This document shows, one piece after another, positions 1-11,570 of a stretch of DNA of 64,000 nt (the stretch's first letter is position 1; every line of letters begins with the position of its first letter). The notes under the pieces were generated by a model. It was not told where the DNA came from. It did no database searches and saw only the letters and a list, made by a program, of their open reading frames with translations. A program made the translations under genes and the position numbers. This DNA is from Octopus vulgaris (Eukaryota), in assembly GCA_951406725.2 (NCBI GenBank), contig OX597820.1, forward strand, positions 44,020,001 through 44,084,000. Reading direction: 5' to 3'.

Positions 1-30
1 TACACACTGGCAAAATGTCCTATCCGTGGC

Positions 31-300
31 ATGAGCAAATGTTTGCGACCATACATGGTGTACCAGATACGGTGTTCCATATGCGGTGACCATCACATTA
101 CTAGTACAGTACAATTATTTCACACCCGACAGAAGAGACACTTGAATACCACCGCATCTTCCGTCCACAGGCATTTGATTAAATGCGGCAACACCAGCAA
201 AGAGGTAGACGCTTATATACTGGTAACGGAGAGGAATACATGAAATCTCTGGATCAAGGAATCCTTACTGATTCACCGACTTAAAACGCGAAGATCAATA
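31..300 (+). mobile_element. Penelope-like element fragment, GIY-YIG endonuclease C-terminal region (decayed)
   Basis: Translation VYQIRCSICGDHHITST...HTRQKRH...SSVHRHLIKC...ILVTE..*NLWIKESLLIHRLK fits the PLE GIY-YIG pattern (VY.I.C..C...YIG.T...R..EH...H...C...E.L.I). A hammerhead-like motif follows at 723. Confidence 0.75.
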
Positions 301-722
301 GACGATCAGAGTTACTGACCGCCCCCTACATCGCGGTGACAATCACCAGCATCATCATTACGACGATGATTGGTTCTGTGCCTACCAACACCATATTCGC
401 CGTCGCTACAGCTTCCACCACCACCGTTTCCTACCGCGATAAGGAATGTTGTTCTAGGCAGCCACCACCTTGTCAACGACTACTACAAGGACATATACCA
501 CCAGTGCTATCACCATCACCAACAACATCAACGTAGACAACACCGAATATTACCACGGCATTTACCTCCACTGTTGCCAACCTACAGCCAATCTTCAACA
601 CCGACAGCAACGCCATTTGGAGAGCTGCTCCTGCTAGCACAAACACCGGACTAAAACGGAGTCACTGCGCATCCGGCTATCCGATTGACAGGATCCACGT
701 AGACGCACATTTTTAGTTGTAC

Positions 723-762
723 TCTTCTGAAGATGGGCCTCTGCGCTCGAAATATATGAAGG
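723..762 (+). ncRNA. Degenerate minimal type I hammerhead ribozyme (PLE pLTR-type)
   Basis: TCTT-CTGAAGA-T-GGGC(ctctgc)GCTC-GAAA-TATA-TG-AAGG: core boxes, stem II, palindromic stem III and a short stem I are present. Cleavage-site residue is G, so probably inactive. Confidence 0.55.
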
Positions 763-858
763 TTTTTCAACTTTCATCTCTGCATTGTTAAAAGCTTTCT
801 TCATTTCATTTATTATTTCACTTCTCTACAGCAATGTTTCAAACGAACTACAACGCTC

Positions 859-861
<3 letters not shown>

Positions 862-941
<80 letters not shown>

Positions 942-995
942 TCTCTCTCGCTGTCTCTCTCTCTCTCTCTTTCTCTCTATCTCTCACACACACAC
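862..995. repeat. (CT)n/(CA)n microsatellite
   Basis: Seen directly; source of the SLSL/ERER ORFs. Confidence 0.95.
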
Positions 996-1091
996 ATACG
1001 TATAAGTGGTTGTGCATAGTTCTGTATTTATAAGAATAAGAATATGTACATAAATGTTACTCTATTCGGACGAGTAATTGCTGTAGAACAG

Positions 1092-1395
1092 GGAAGCACT
1101 CCGTCGGTTGATCCGATCAACGGAACAGCCTGCTTGTGAAATTAACGTGTAAGTGGCTGAGCACTCCACAGACACGTGTACCCTTAACGTAGTTCTCGGG
1201 GATATTCAGCGTGACTCAGAGAGTGACAAGGCTGGCCCTTTGAAATACAGGTACAACAGAAACAGGAAGTAAGAGTGAGAGAAAGTTGTGATGAAAGAGT
1301 ACAGCAGGGATCACCACCATCCCCTGCCAGAGCCTCGTGGAGCTTTAGGTGTTTTCGCTCAATAAACACTCACAACGCTCGGTCTGGGAATCGAA
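1092..1395 (-). mobile_element. SINE family C, 5'-truncated copy
   Basis: Near-identical to about 40277-40603, where the full tRNA-like head is present. Confidence 0.85.
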
Positions 1396-1804
1396 ATCTG
1401 TAGAACAAAAGGACATGTCACAAAAAAAAAAAAAGGATTTCAGTACACATTCTTTTTCAGTACATGAAATTGGGAAAAAGGGCAGTATTCATGGCTTTCG
1501 AATATCAATGATATTGATGCCATTTAATTCATGTTTCTCGTGCACTTTTTAAAGTCAACATCTGCAGGAAAGATATGAACAGGGACTGAGTTTTAGAGGC
1601 TGGACGATCGTAAATAACACACTCTCCAAGCTGTAATGAGTACTCACTTTTTCCGTAAAATTTGAATGCGTATGCGTGTGGATATGTGTATCTGTGTCTG
1701 TGTCTGTGTCTGTGTATGGGTATGTGTGCGTGCGTGTGCGTGGGTGTATGTATTTGCATGTGTGTGTGTGTGGGTGTGTTTGTCTTTATATATACTTACA
1801 TACG

Positions 1805-2351
1805 TGGCAGAAACGTAAGCACGCCGGGCGAAATGCGTACCCGTATTTCGTCTGCCGCTACGTTCTGAGATAAATTAAGTACCAGTTATGCACTGGGGTC
1901 GATGTAATCGTTTTAATCCGTTTGTCTGTTCTTGATTGTCCCCTCTGTGCTTATCCCCTTGTAGGTAGTAAAGAAATAGAAATAGGTATTTCGTCTGCGG
2001 TTACGTTCTGAGTTCAAATTTCGCCGAGGTCGACTTTGCCTTTCATCCCTTCGGGATCGATAAATTAAGGACCAGTTACGCACTGGGGTCGATGTAATCG
2101 ACTTAATCCGTGTGTCTGTCCTTGTTTGTCCCCTCTGTGTTTAGCCCCTTGTGAGTAGTAAAGAAGTAGGTATTTCGTCTGCGGTTACGTTCTGAGTTCA
2201 AATTCCGCCGAGGTCGACTTTGCCGTTCATCCTTTCGGGGTCGATAAATTAAGTACCAGTTACGCACTGGGGTCGATATAATCGACTTAATCCATTTGTC
2301 TGTCCTTGTTTGTCCCCTCTGTGTTTAGCCCCTTGTGGGTAGTAAAGAAAT
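1805..2351 (+). mobile_element. SINE family A head plus three head-to-tail body+tail-A units (period about 184 bp)
   Basis: Head TGGCAGAAACGTAAGCAC, B-box-like GAGTTCAAATTCC, core GCCTTTCATCCTTTCGGGGTCGATAAATTAAGTACCAG. Units restart at GGTATTTCGTCTG near 1985 and 2169. Confidence 0.9.
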
Positions 2352-3629
2352 ATATATATATACTTACATATAAATTACAGTCAAGCATTAATTGACAAAT
2401 CACTCACTACCTTAAAATGGAATACCATGTATGTTGCATCTTAATAATGAAAATGTTGAAAGTGAATAAACTAGCTTGTTTTAGTGCATCTACTTTCAAA
2501 ACACATTGCTCACCGACGGATGCATAAAAAGTGTAAGAAAACCCTTTAAAAAAAATACGGTAGCTTAATTTAATCAGAAACTTATGTTACTGTCAGTATA
2601 TTCCGTGTAAAATCTACACGTACAAATGTGTGTGTATACAGTGTACGGTTATGTTATTGGTAGGATCGTAGGATCAACAAGAAAAGTGTCTAGTGAGAAA
2701 TAAATATCATTAAGTAAACACACGATTTAAATGTCAGCTACTATAAGTTTCATACTCGGATTGTACAATAACCAAGCAAGGATTTAAAGCGTGACATATA
2801 CTATCCTGCAATGGCGGTGGATCAAAATAAACATGTCCGATTATTGTACAATCTGCGTATGTAAACATATAGTAACACACATTTAAATCCTGTATGTGTG
2901 TGTATATATATACACCGACAGTGATACATGTATACATTTATATATACAGGCGTACATATATATCTGTGCTAGTGTACCTATGTGTCTACGTCCATATAAC
3001 ACTGAGAAGTAGGAAGAAATTGTTCGCGGATGTTTAACTGTTTTTACACGGGTATATACGCATGTTGAAACATTTTGCGAAATTGGTATTACATTGTGTT
3101 GAGATCTTTTTTTATATATGATACATATATATTATGAACCAGACCGTTCGTTTTAGTCATTAAAATAGCTTTTCACAGTAATTCTTTATTCCTTTTTTGT
3201 TTTTCCTTTATTTTCTCTATATTTCCATGCCTCATCTTTTAAAAAGCTTGAAAAAAAAAAAAAAAAAACGTCGGAAGTTTAACGTGGAATAATTTCAAAA
3301 GCAAGAAATCCGGTTTTAGGTTTTATGGTACGGATCCTTTCGCCGAAGATTAACTTAACTATAGATGTAAGGTCTAAAATGGTAAATAATTGATGCAAAG
3401 ACGAACATTCATCTCTTTTTGCCTGCTGCTGTCATATTAGCCATTGATGAGATACTCCACACAAAATCAGTAGTAACACTGACGATGTATTTCGCTGACA
3501 TATACTTATTTATTTATGTGATTAGTATTTCCTCTCTTTCTTTAACTTATCTCTGGCACAGTGGAATCTCATATATGCCTTTGTGTGTATGCATGTACGT
3601 ATATTTAACATATGTTCACATAATAGCGT

Positions 3630-3677
<48 letters not shown>

Positions 3678-3712
3678 CGCAAATACATACATACATACAT
3701 GAATACATACAT

Positions 3713-3787
<75 letters not shown>

Positions 3788-3811
3788 TGAATGTATATAT
3801 ATGTACATATT

Positions 3812-3844
<33 letters not shown>

Positions 3845-3999
3845 ATATATATATTTGTGTGTGTATGTATGAATATATATATATACATATATAGGTATAT
3901 ATGTATATATGTATTTACGTATATGTATATATATGTATATGTATGCATGTGTATATATATGTATGTATATGTATATATATATATGTATATATATGTATG

Positions 4000-4030
<31 letters not shown>

Positions 4031-4105
4031 GTATGTATGTGTACATATATAATGTATGTATGTATAATGTATATATATGTATATATATGCATATGTATAT
4101 ATATA

Positions 4106-4153
<48 letters not shown>

Positions 4154-4283
4154 TATATATATATATGTATCTATATGTGTGTATATATATGAAATAATGA
4201 ATCCATAAAGATAAATATTTTGTTTCACCTGACAGCGAAATGGATATGAAGTTTGCAGAACTCACTTTTATGGGGAAAAGCGA

Positions 4284-4327
<44 letters not shown>

Positions 4328-4406
4328 TATATTTATACACACACAGACACACACATATATATGTATGTATCTATGTATGATCCATGTATGTATGCATATG
4401 TATATA

Positions 4407-4452
<46 letters not shown>
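3630..4452. repeat. Compound (TA)n/(TATG)n low-complexity tract
   Basis: Seen directly; source of the YIYI ORFs. Confidence 0.95.
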
Positions 4453-4455
<3 letters not shown>

Positions 4456-5108
4456 TGACACTATGATTCGACGTGTATTTTGGTTCTTGTTTTATTCCAC
4501 CCCACAAAATTGCAGGTAATCAATATTTTTTTAAATATTTGATTTGTGTTGGTAAATTATATATCAAAGAAATTTATTACACGAAGATATTTTTAACTTG
4601 AATGCGTTCTGTCCGTCGTCTTTAAACATTAATATCGCAAAAACGAAGTCGTTCTCTGGTAACATGCGCCTTTATAGTAATAGCAATTTTCTTTTGGTTT
4701 TTAAACCAGTCTCAATGTGAGATAATTTTTTTCTATATCTTAATACATCTTAAGTGAGAATCTCATTAAATTTTGTTTTACGTTAAACATTTCGACACTG
4801 TTTATCGCATAACACGTTCCCTTTTCTTCTGTTTTCATAAACATCACGAACTCTCACCCTTTTTTGTAGCAAATTTTTTTCTTTTTTTTTTTTCTCACTG
4901 CTCATTCTACGACCTTTTGAACTATCTTTATAGATAGTACTATCGAAATAACTGTACCTCACTTTCTTTCTAAACTTCCCGCTTAAGGTTTGTTCTAAAT
5001 TGTACTCTTTCTAAATCCTTCATTAACCTTTATTTTATATTGTACTCCTGTTTCGCATTGTTTTCTACGCGCCCCGTTTCTTTATTTTCCCCTGTAACAC
5101 GATCTCTG

Positions 5109-5172
<64 letters not shown>

Positions 5173-5201
5173 CCTCTTTCTCTCCCACTCTTGAATTATG
5201 C

Positions 5202-5265
5202 TTGCACTGAGGAGTGAAAAGTGCCTAAAACTGCACCGATTACGAAATCACAGTGCGATATGCAG
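5202..5265 (+). ncRNA. Type I hammerhead ribozyme, intact core
   Basis: Stem I TTGCA/TGCAG; core CTGAGGA (5207-5213); stem II GTGA...TTAC with inner GTGC/GCAC hairpin; GAAA (5244-5247); stem III TC(ACAGTGC)GA; cleavage triplet ATA ending at 5260. Confidence 0.8.
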
Positions 5266-5502
5266 CTACATTCTGTTTTTAAATGACCTGCTTCGAGACT
5301 TGGTTTCGGTACGATATGTTTATTTCTTTTAGTAGTTTCGACTTTAAGAGTCCCTCCTAGCGTGTGGAATCTATGTGTAATATTGCCCTCTATATAATAT
5401 AAATAAATAAATTTAAAGGAAAGAAATTGATGGTTTTTTCCCTTATGAGGTTTTTCACGCTAACTACTTGATAAATTCCTATGAAGATTTTATCCTATTT
5501 TA

Positions 5503-5535
<33 letters not shown>

Positions 5536-5911
5536 GGTGCAGGAGTGGCTGTATGGTAGCTTGCTAACCAACCACATGGTTCCGGGTTCAATCCCACTGC
5601 GTGGCACCTTGGGCAAGTGTCTTCTGCTATAGCCCCGGACCGACCAATGCCCTGTGAGTGGATTTGGTAGACGGAAACTGAAAGAAGCCTGTCGTATATA
5701 TGTATATATATATATATGTGTGTGTGTGTTTGTGTGTCTGTGTTTGTCCCCCTAGCATTGCTTGACAACCAATGCTGGTGTGTTTACGTCCCCGTCACTT
5801 AGCGGTTCGGCAAAAGAGACTGATAGAATAAGTACTGAGCTTACAAAGAATAAGTCCCGGGGTCGATTTGCTCGACTAAAGGCGGTGCTCCAGACTGAAA
5901 CAAGTAAAAGA
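5536..5911 (+). mobile_element. SINE family B (tRNA-like head, CORE-like GTGGCACCTTGGGCAAGT, internal TA/TG tract)
   Basis: A/B-box-like head GTGGCTGTATGG...GGTTCAATCCC. About ten copies in the window, with tails ending ACTGAAACAAGTAAAAGA. Confidence 0.9.
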
Positions 5912-6081
5912 TATATGTATTTATATATATATATATATATGTATATATCAATAGCTAGGCAAAATATCAATAGCTAGGCAAAATATAATACTATAAAGGA
6001 ATAAATATATATATACATATATATATGTATATATATGTATATATATATGTATATATATATGCATATATATGCATGTATATA

Positions 6082-6117
<36 letters not shown>

Positions 6118-6267
6118 AAATGTTTTTATCTTCATTTCACTTAATTTATCAAGCTTCTGTATTCCTAGCACATATTTCGCCTTAATGTACTGATATATGA
6201 AAAATATATGGCTTGTGTTAGTAATACCAGCGATTATAATTATTTTTATTTTATCGCAATTTGATTT

Positions 6268-6311
<44 letters not shown>

Positions 6312-6359
6312 ATATAAATATATAGTCAAACGTATATATGTATACACATACACATGCAC

Positions 6360-6392
<33 letters not shown>

Positions 6393-6397
<5 letters not shown>

Positions 6398-6749
6398 CTA
6401 GGGTGTTAAAAATACCTACATTGCTAGAAATACGAGCTAAAATGCTCTAATGCTGTTGTTAACGCACATAGATGAGAATAAATACACTAGCAGTCACCAT
6501 AGTTGTCCGGAAAATGCCGACCAAGAAGTTTTAAGACTGGCGCGTCAGTTTCGGCAATTTCCGTTGCCATCTTCAGTGAAGCCAGCTTAATGTTCGGCTA
6601 TTTCTGCACCTGTTTCTCTATTAGCATATATGTTTTCCTCATCCGAATTAGTCAGTCAATGTTTTCATTCATGTGCGTTAGCTACAGCATTTGGAGCATT
6701 TTAGCTATTATTTCTAGTAATGTAGATGTTTTTTAACACTCTAGTTACA
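6393..6749. mobile_element. Foldback/MITE-like element with about 88-bp terminal inverted repeats enclosing a hammerhead motif
   Basis: Arm 6393-6480 (TGTAGCTAGGGTGTTAAAAATACCTACATTGCTAGAAAT...) is an imperfect reverse complement of 6661-6749. Confidence 0.8.
6531..6580 (-). ncRNA. Type I hammerhead ribozyme, intact core, GUC site
   Basis: Minus strand reads TTCA-CTGAAGA-T-GGCAA(cggaaa)TTGCC-GAAA-CTG(acgcgc)CAG-TC-TTAA. Stems II and III are perfect; stem I is short with one mismatch. Confidence 0.8.
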
Positions 6750-7765
6750 TTCAGTAACAATTATAATTCTCCGTTTTCGTGAAACATTACAACCTACAGT
6801 TTACATTATATGTGTGTGTGTGTGTATTTGTTGTCGTTTACTGCATTAATTTTGACGGTATTGTTATTGACGTTGTTGTCATTTTAACGGCTGTGGGAGT
6901 ATAGATGTGCTGGTTGACGAGATAAACCTGTCAGCTCGAGACCTTGTCACTATGGACATTGCCAACACCTCACTATTCAGTGATTTCATATAAATTATTC
7001 AAGACCCGATATTCTTGTGAGCTGTCACTTCTTTCAACGAGCAGCGATTACATATATTTCTGTTTTGATGCATGTACGTATATATATATATACGTACCTG
7101 AATGTATCAGTGTCTGCGTGTGCGTGCGTGCATGTGTGTTCCGCGTGTGTGTGTGTGTGTAGTGGAAATATGAAACAACACTCCAGTATAAAGGCTTACT
7201 TCTTACGTACGTTTCACTATTACGTTATGTGAAGCTCAGCATTGCATGTTCCAAATTCATTTGGATTACCGAACCACAATGGATCATCAAGGAAGTATTT
7301 TATTACATTTTGCTACAGAAATCTAATTTACTGATGTTTATCTTAATTTTCCACTACATATGTTCTGTATATAGTAACTAACATCACTACTACGTACAGT
7401 ACTCGACAAAGCTTTGAAAGCTGACTGGAAAATAATAGTCTCTGTGTGGAGCTGTAAATCATGCTCCATACTCATACATCTAACTGTACACACACGAAGT
7501 GTGTGTATGTATACGTGTGTGTGTGTGCAATTGTGTGTATGCATACATACGAACATACCTATATAGAGAGATAGGGGGAAAGTGGGATAGATATAGAGGG
7601 AGATGTGTGTTTGTGTGTGTATGTATGTATGTATGTATGTATGCATGCATGTATGCTTGTATGTATGTATGCATGTATGTATGCATGTATGTATGCATGT
7701 ATGTATGTATATGAGCATACCTATATAGATAGACAGAAAGAGAGAGGGAGAAACAGATAGACACA

Positions 7766-7796
<31 letters not shown>

Positions 7797-7865
7797 TTTT
7801 ACATTTACAACCGAATGCCTGCAAGAGAGGGAACTCCGCTAATGATATATCTAAGCGCCAAGTAG

Positions 7866-7975
7866 AATGGTAGCCAAAGGATGAAAAGCAATGCTGACCT
7901 TCGCAGGATTTGAACTCGGCACGCACTACAAATACGGCCAAGTATTCTAGCCAACACTTAAACAATTCTGCCAAT
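7866..7975 (-). mobile_element. Diverged SINE family A fragment
   Basis: Minus strand TGGCAGAATTG...GAGTTCAAATCC...GCTTTTCATCCTTT. Confidence 0.6.
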
Positions 7976-8261
7976 TTTCTGCCTTCAATTTAAATAATAA
8001 AGTTGACAATACCCAAGTCTATATTTTAAGGAAGGGCAAATGTGGAGAGATAAATACGCATGGCGTGTATTCCTCCGCAGCATATATTTTCTGTTTCAGT
8101 AAAACAAGAGTATCGCGAATCTTGTATCACGTAAGGAGGTGGACAGAGAAGGTCAGGGCAACAGTTTCTCAAGTAAGCTATTTATGAGGCACTGATCAGT
8201 ATTCCATACTGCCATTTACGATCTCTAAAAGCAACAAGGCATCAACGAAGTAACCTCTACA

Positions 8262-8410
8262 TTAGTCATGAGCAAACTGCACCCCGCGGGAATTTCTGAA
8301 TGGCACACCTAACGAAAAATTATCTTGGATTTTGTTTCAATAGAGCGGTTCTCTTGATGATAAGCCATATCTCATGCGGCCCGCTTCTCGAAAAAGATTG
8401 CGCATGCCTG
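8262..8410 (+). repeat. Dispersed repeat (second copy inverted at 50800-50925), possibly hAT-derived
   Basis: Shared GAGCAAAC...AACGAAAAATTA.CTTG.ATTTTGTTT...CTCATGCGGCCCG.TTCTC. The GCGGCCCG motif is typical of hAT subterminal repeats; the family assignment is inference. Confidence 0.55.
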
Positions 8411-9016
8411 CTCTATACTATCGCTCGATCTACAGAAGATCGCGGCCAACTCCCTCCTTCAAATCACATCTTAATTGTCTTAAACAAAAGAAGAAATATA
8501 CATCCAAAGAGATGGTCATGACTGGAATATCTTTACTCGTACGTTTTCTCAGCAAAGGCTGACCTGGGGCTATGCAGCAACAAAATATAAAATTGTTCAC
8601 AACAACAATTTTAACACAAATTGTCCCGAATTTATTGATAGAATTTCGATCCTGTTTCCAAATATTATTGGCTATATCTTGAAAATTGATTTTAAAATGT
8701 CGTTATATCTCATTATGGAGACGATATTTATATGTTATGTAATTAATGTAAATTCATTCATACAAAAAAAAAACAAAGAAGAGAGAAAACAATCTAAAAT
8801 ACTTTATTTTAGACTGAATTAAACATCATTGTTGTTTATAAATATTTATGCGTGGGATTTTTACGTAAACCATGATTTTTGAACGGTCACAATAATTTTG
8901 CTTTAAACTTGATTCCATCTCTGTAAGTTTGTTATCATTCCAACTATCATTTATTTCACTATCATTATTATAATGTATATTATTATCATCATTACCTACA
9001 TTATCATTATCATGTT

Positions 9017-9019
<3 letters not shown>

Positions 9020-9113
<94 letters not shown>

Positions 9114-9345
9114 GGTGGTGGTGGTAGTAGTAGTAGTAGTAATAGTAGTATCATCATCATCATCATCATCATCATCTTTGCCATCATCATCTTCATCATC
9201 GTCTTCTTCATCATTATCTTCTTCATCATCATCATCTTCATCATCATCTTCATCATCATCTTCTTCATCATCATCATCATCTTCATCACCATCTTCATCA
9301 TCATCATCATCTTCATCATCATCACCTACGTCGTCACCATCGTCA
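9020..9345. repeat. (AGT)n-(GGT)n-(CAT/CTT)n trinucleotide tract
   Basis: Seen directly. Confidence 0.95.
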
Positions 9346-10254
9346 TTATTATGTTAATTTTGACACCAATCTGGAGGCAAAATAAAAAACAACCACATCG
9401 GTTTTGTCTAGCCGCTCGAAGTTTCAAGAGAGTGTTTTTTTTTTTAATTTTATAGCTCGGTCGTTTTTTTGTTGTGCATTGTTGGACATAATTGCAGAAT
9501 GGCGAAAGCAATGTTTACATTACCAAATCGAGAATATATAATTATATTCAACATAGACTTATATACTTGAAGTATTACCTACGTAGGAAGTGTAGTAAAT
9601 CGTCTGAAGATACCTCAATTTAATAACAGTTAATAATGATATCTTTTATTAGGCACAAGGGCCCATGACGTCAGACATATAACCATTGATATCATACTGT
9701 AATTTTTCATTAATTACTATCATTAATATTGTTCATAGTATTATTTATGTCATAGTATTATTCATTACCATTGTTGTTGTTGTTGTTGTTGTTGTTTTTG
9801 TTGTTGTTGTTGTTGTTGTTGTTGTTTTATATTTCATCCGCAAAACGCCTCCTCGAATTGCTCCTAAGTTTTGTATGTTCTAAGTGTGTTTAAAAGTCTA
9901 CTGTTAAACGTTTTTTTCTATTTTGTTGTTAATCTGTCCAGGATCCTTAGGAAGGTGTTAGCTTCGATTTGTTTTGGCCCCGTGGAACGGAATTTGTTAA
10001 ATTTTCCACGAATTTTAATAATTCTTTTTTATGAAACTGAAAACAAAGATGGCGTCGCAAATGGAGGATATGGACGGCTGTTTTTGGAAGAGTCAATGCC
10101 AAAAAAAGAATTTTTCCATAACTTTCTCTCGCTGTTCTTATTGTGAACTCAACAATGTAGTTGTAAACGGCATAACAGAAGCCAAAACAACACCACCACC
10201 ACCGCCATCACTGCGACAGGGGAGAGTCACGGCAACAACTATTACACAGGGATA

Positions 10255-10700
10255 ACGATGATGATAACAGTGATGGTGGTGGCGGCGGTGGTGGTTGTGG
10301 TGGTGATGGTGGTGGTGGTGGTGGTAGTGGTGGTTGTGGTGGTGGTGATGGTGGTGGTGGTGGTGGTGGTGGTGGTCGTCGTCGTCGTGGTTGTCGTGGT
10401 CGTGGCGGTCGTGGTGGTGGTGGTGGTGGTGGTGGTGGTGGTCGTCGTCGTCGTCGTCGTCGTGGTTGTCGTGGTCGTGGCGGTCGTGGTGGTGGTGGTG
10501 GTGGTGGTGGTTGTCGTGGTCGTCATCGTCGTCGTCGTGGTCGTCGTGGTCGTCGTGGTCGTCGTGGTCGTGGCAGTGATGGCGACGATGATGTGTATAA
10601 CAACGATGGCGATAATAGTGACAATGGTAATGATGATGAAGATGATGATAGTGATGATCACAACTGCAAATGATTATGATCATGATAATGATGATACAGA
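10255..10700. repeat. (GTG/GTC/GAT)n trinucleotide tract
   Basis: Seen directly; gives the spurious poly-His/Val/Thr ORFs. Confidence 0.95.
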
Positions 10701-11152
10701 TACCTTTATCAGGCTAGGACGGCAGTATCTTACAAGTACCTTTACTTATCGCTCAGTTATGTATATCTGTTCACATACCTTGCAACAGAAGCCATACAAT
10801 AAGAACGTTAGCAAGAAACGACAGAGAGTCATACAATATGTTATGTGGCATTTATTTTGACGGTTTTTTCCTATTGCTGAATCTAGAAGAATGGGCAGTA
10901 TGCATAGTCTTCGTACCCACAACCCACCACCTTTAGGCCGGTAACACTGGCAGTGTTAATGTCCCCGTAGCGGAGAGATTGATGCAGTTAACATTAATGT
11001 TCTTTTGCATTAACGTGCTCAAAATTGCCAATATCGATTATGCTTCTTTTTTTTTTATTTCTCTGGAATTGATAAAATAATAAATTAGTACAAGTCAAGA
11101 ATATGAGTTAATTTAATCAACTATAATCATACTTTAATATATGTGAGATCTT

Positions 11153-11182
11153 ATCGTTTCTCGGTCTTTTAGCTTAGATCAA
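11153..11182 (+). pseudogene. U2: U2 snRNA 5'-end fragment (3'-truncated pseudogene)
   Basis: ATCGTTTCTCGGTCTTTTAGCTTAGATCAA versus the U2 5' end ATCGCTTCTCGGCCTTTTGGCTAAGATCAA (recalled consensus): 26/30 identical, starting exactly at U2 position 1. Confidence 0.75.
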
Positions 11183-11570
11183 AGAATAATAAATAGGAGT
11201 TCTAAATCTTAGGAATCTAGTTGAAGGTTTGTGTTAGCGAAGTTAGTCTAAAGATACAAATTATGTTTAAAATAAGCAATAAACAAAGATGGAGTATAAG
11301 GTTTGTAGGAAAAGAAAAAAAAAAGCACCAATGCATTTAAGATATGTAATCTAGCGTTAAAGTTATAAATCCATGCATATATTAATGTTCCTCTATGTCT
11401 TGATGGAGAAACCGTCAACACTGTCTTTCTTATATATTTTTCTCTATGTTTGATAAAATAAATTGAAATAGAAATACCAAAACTGTCGTTATTATGTATT
11501 TCACAATGTACTTGTTCTTTTAAGGTTATCTAAACAACGACATCACGTGTCAATATCTCATTGTTGTTTA

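Noticed and set aside
1805-2351. Regularly spaced repeats resembling a CRISPR array
   Set aside because: The whole unit repeats with no unique spacers, it has SINE A/B boxes, and there are no cas genes; eukaryotic context.
9604-9612. Isolated CTGANGA boxes here and at about 34713, 35783, 44370 and 61219
   Set aside because: No hairpin plus GAAA follows; expected by chance.
10031-10255. ORF beginning near AAGATGGCG as a gene start
   Set aside because: Runs into trinucleotide repeat; no recognisable domain or convincing splice donor.
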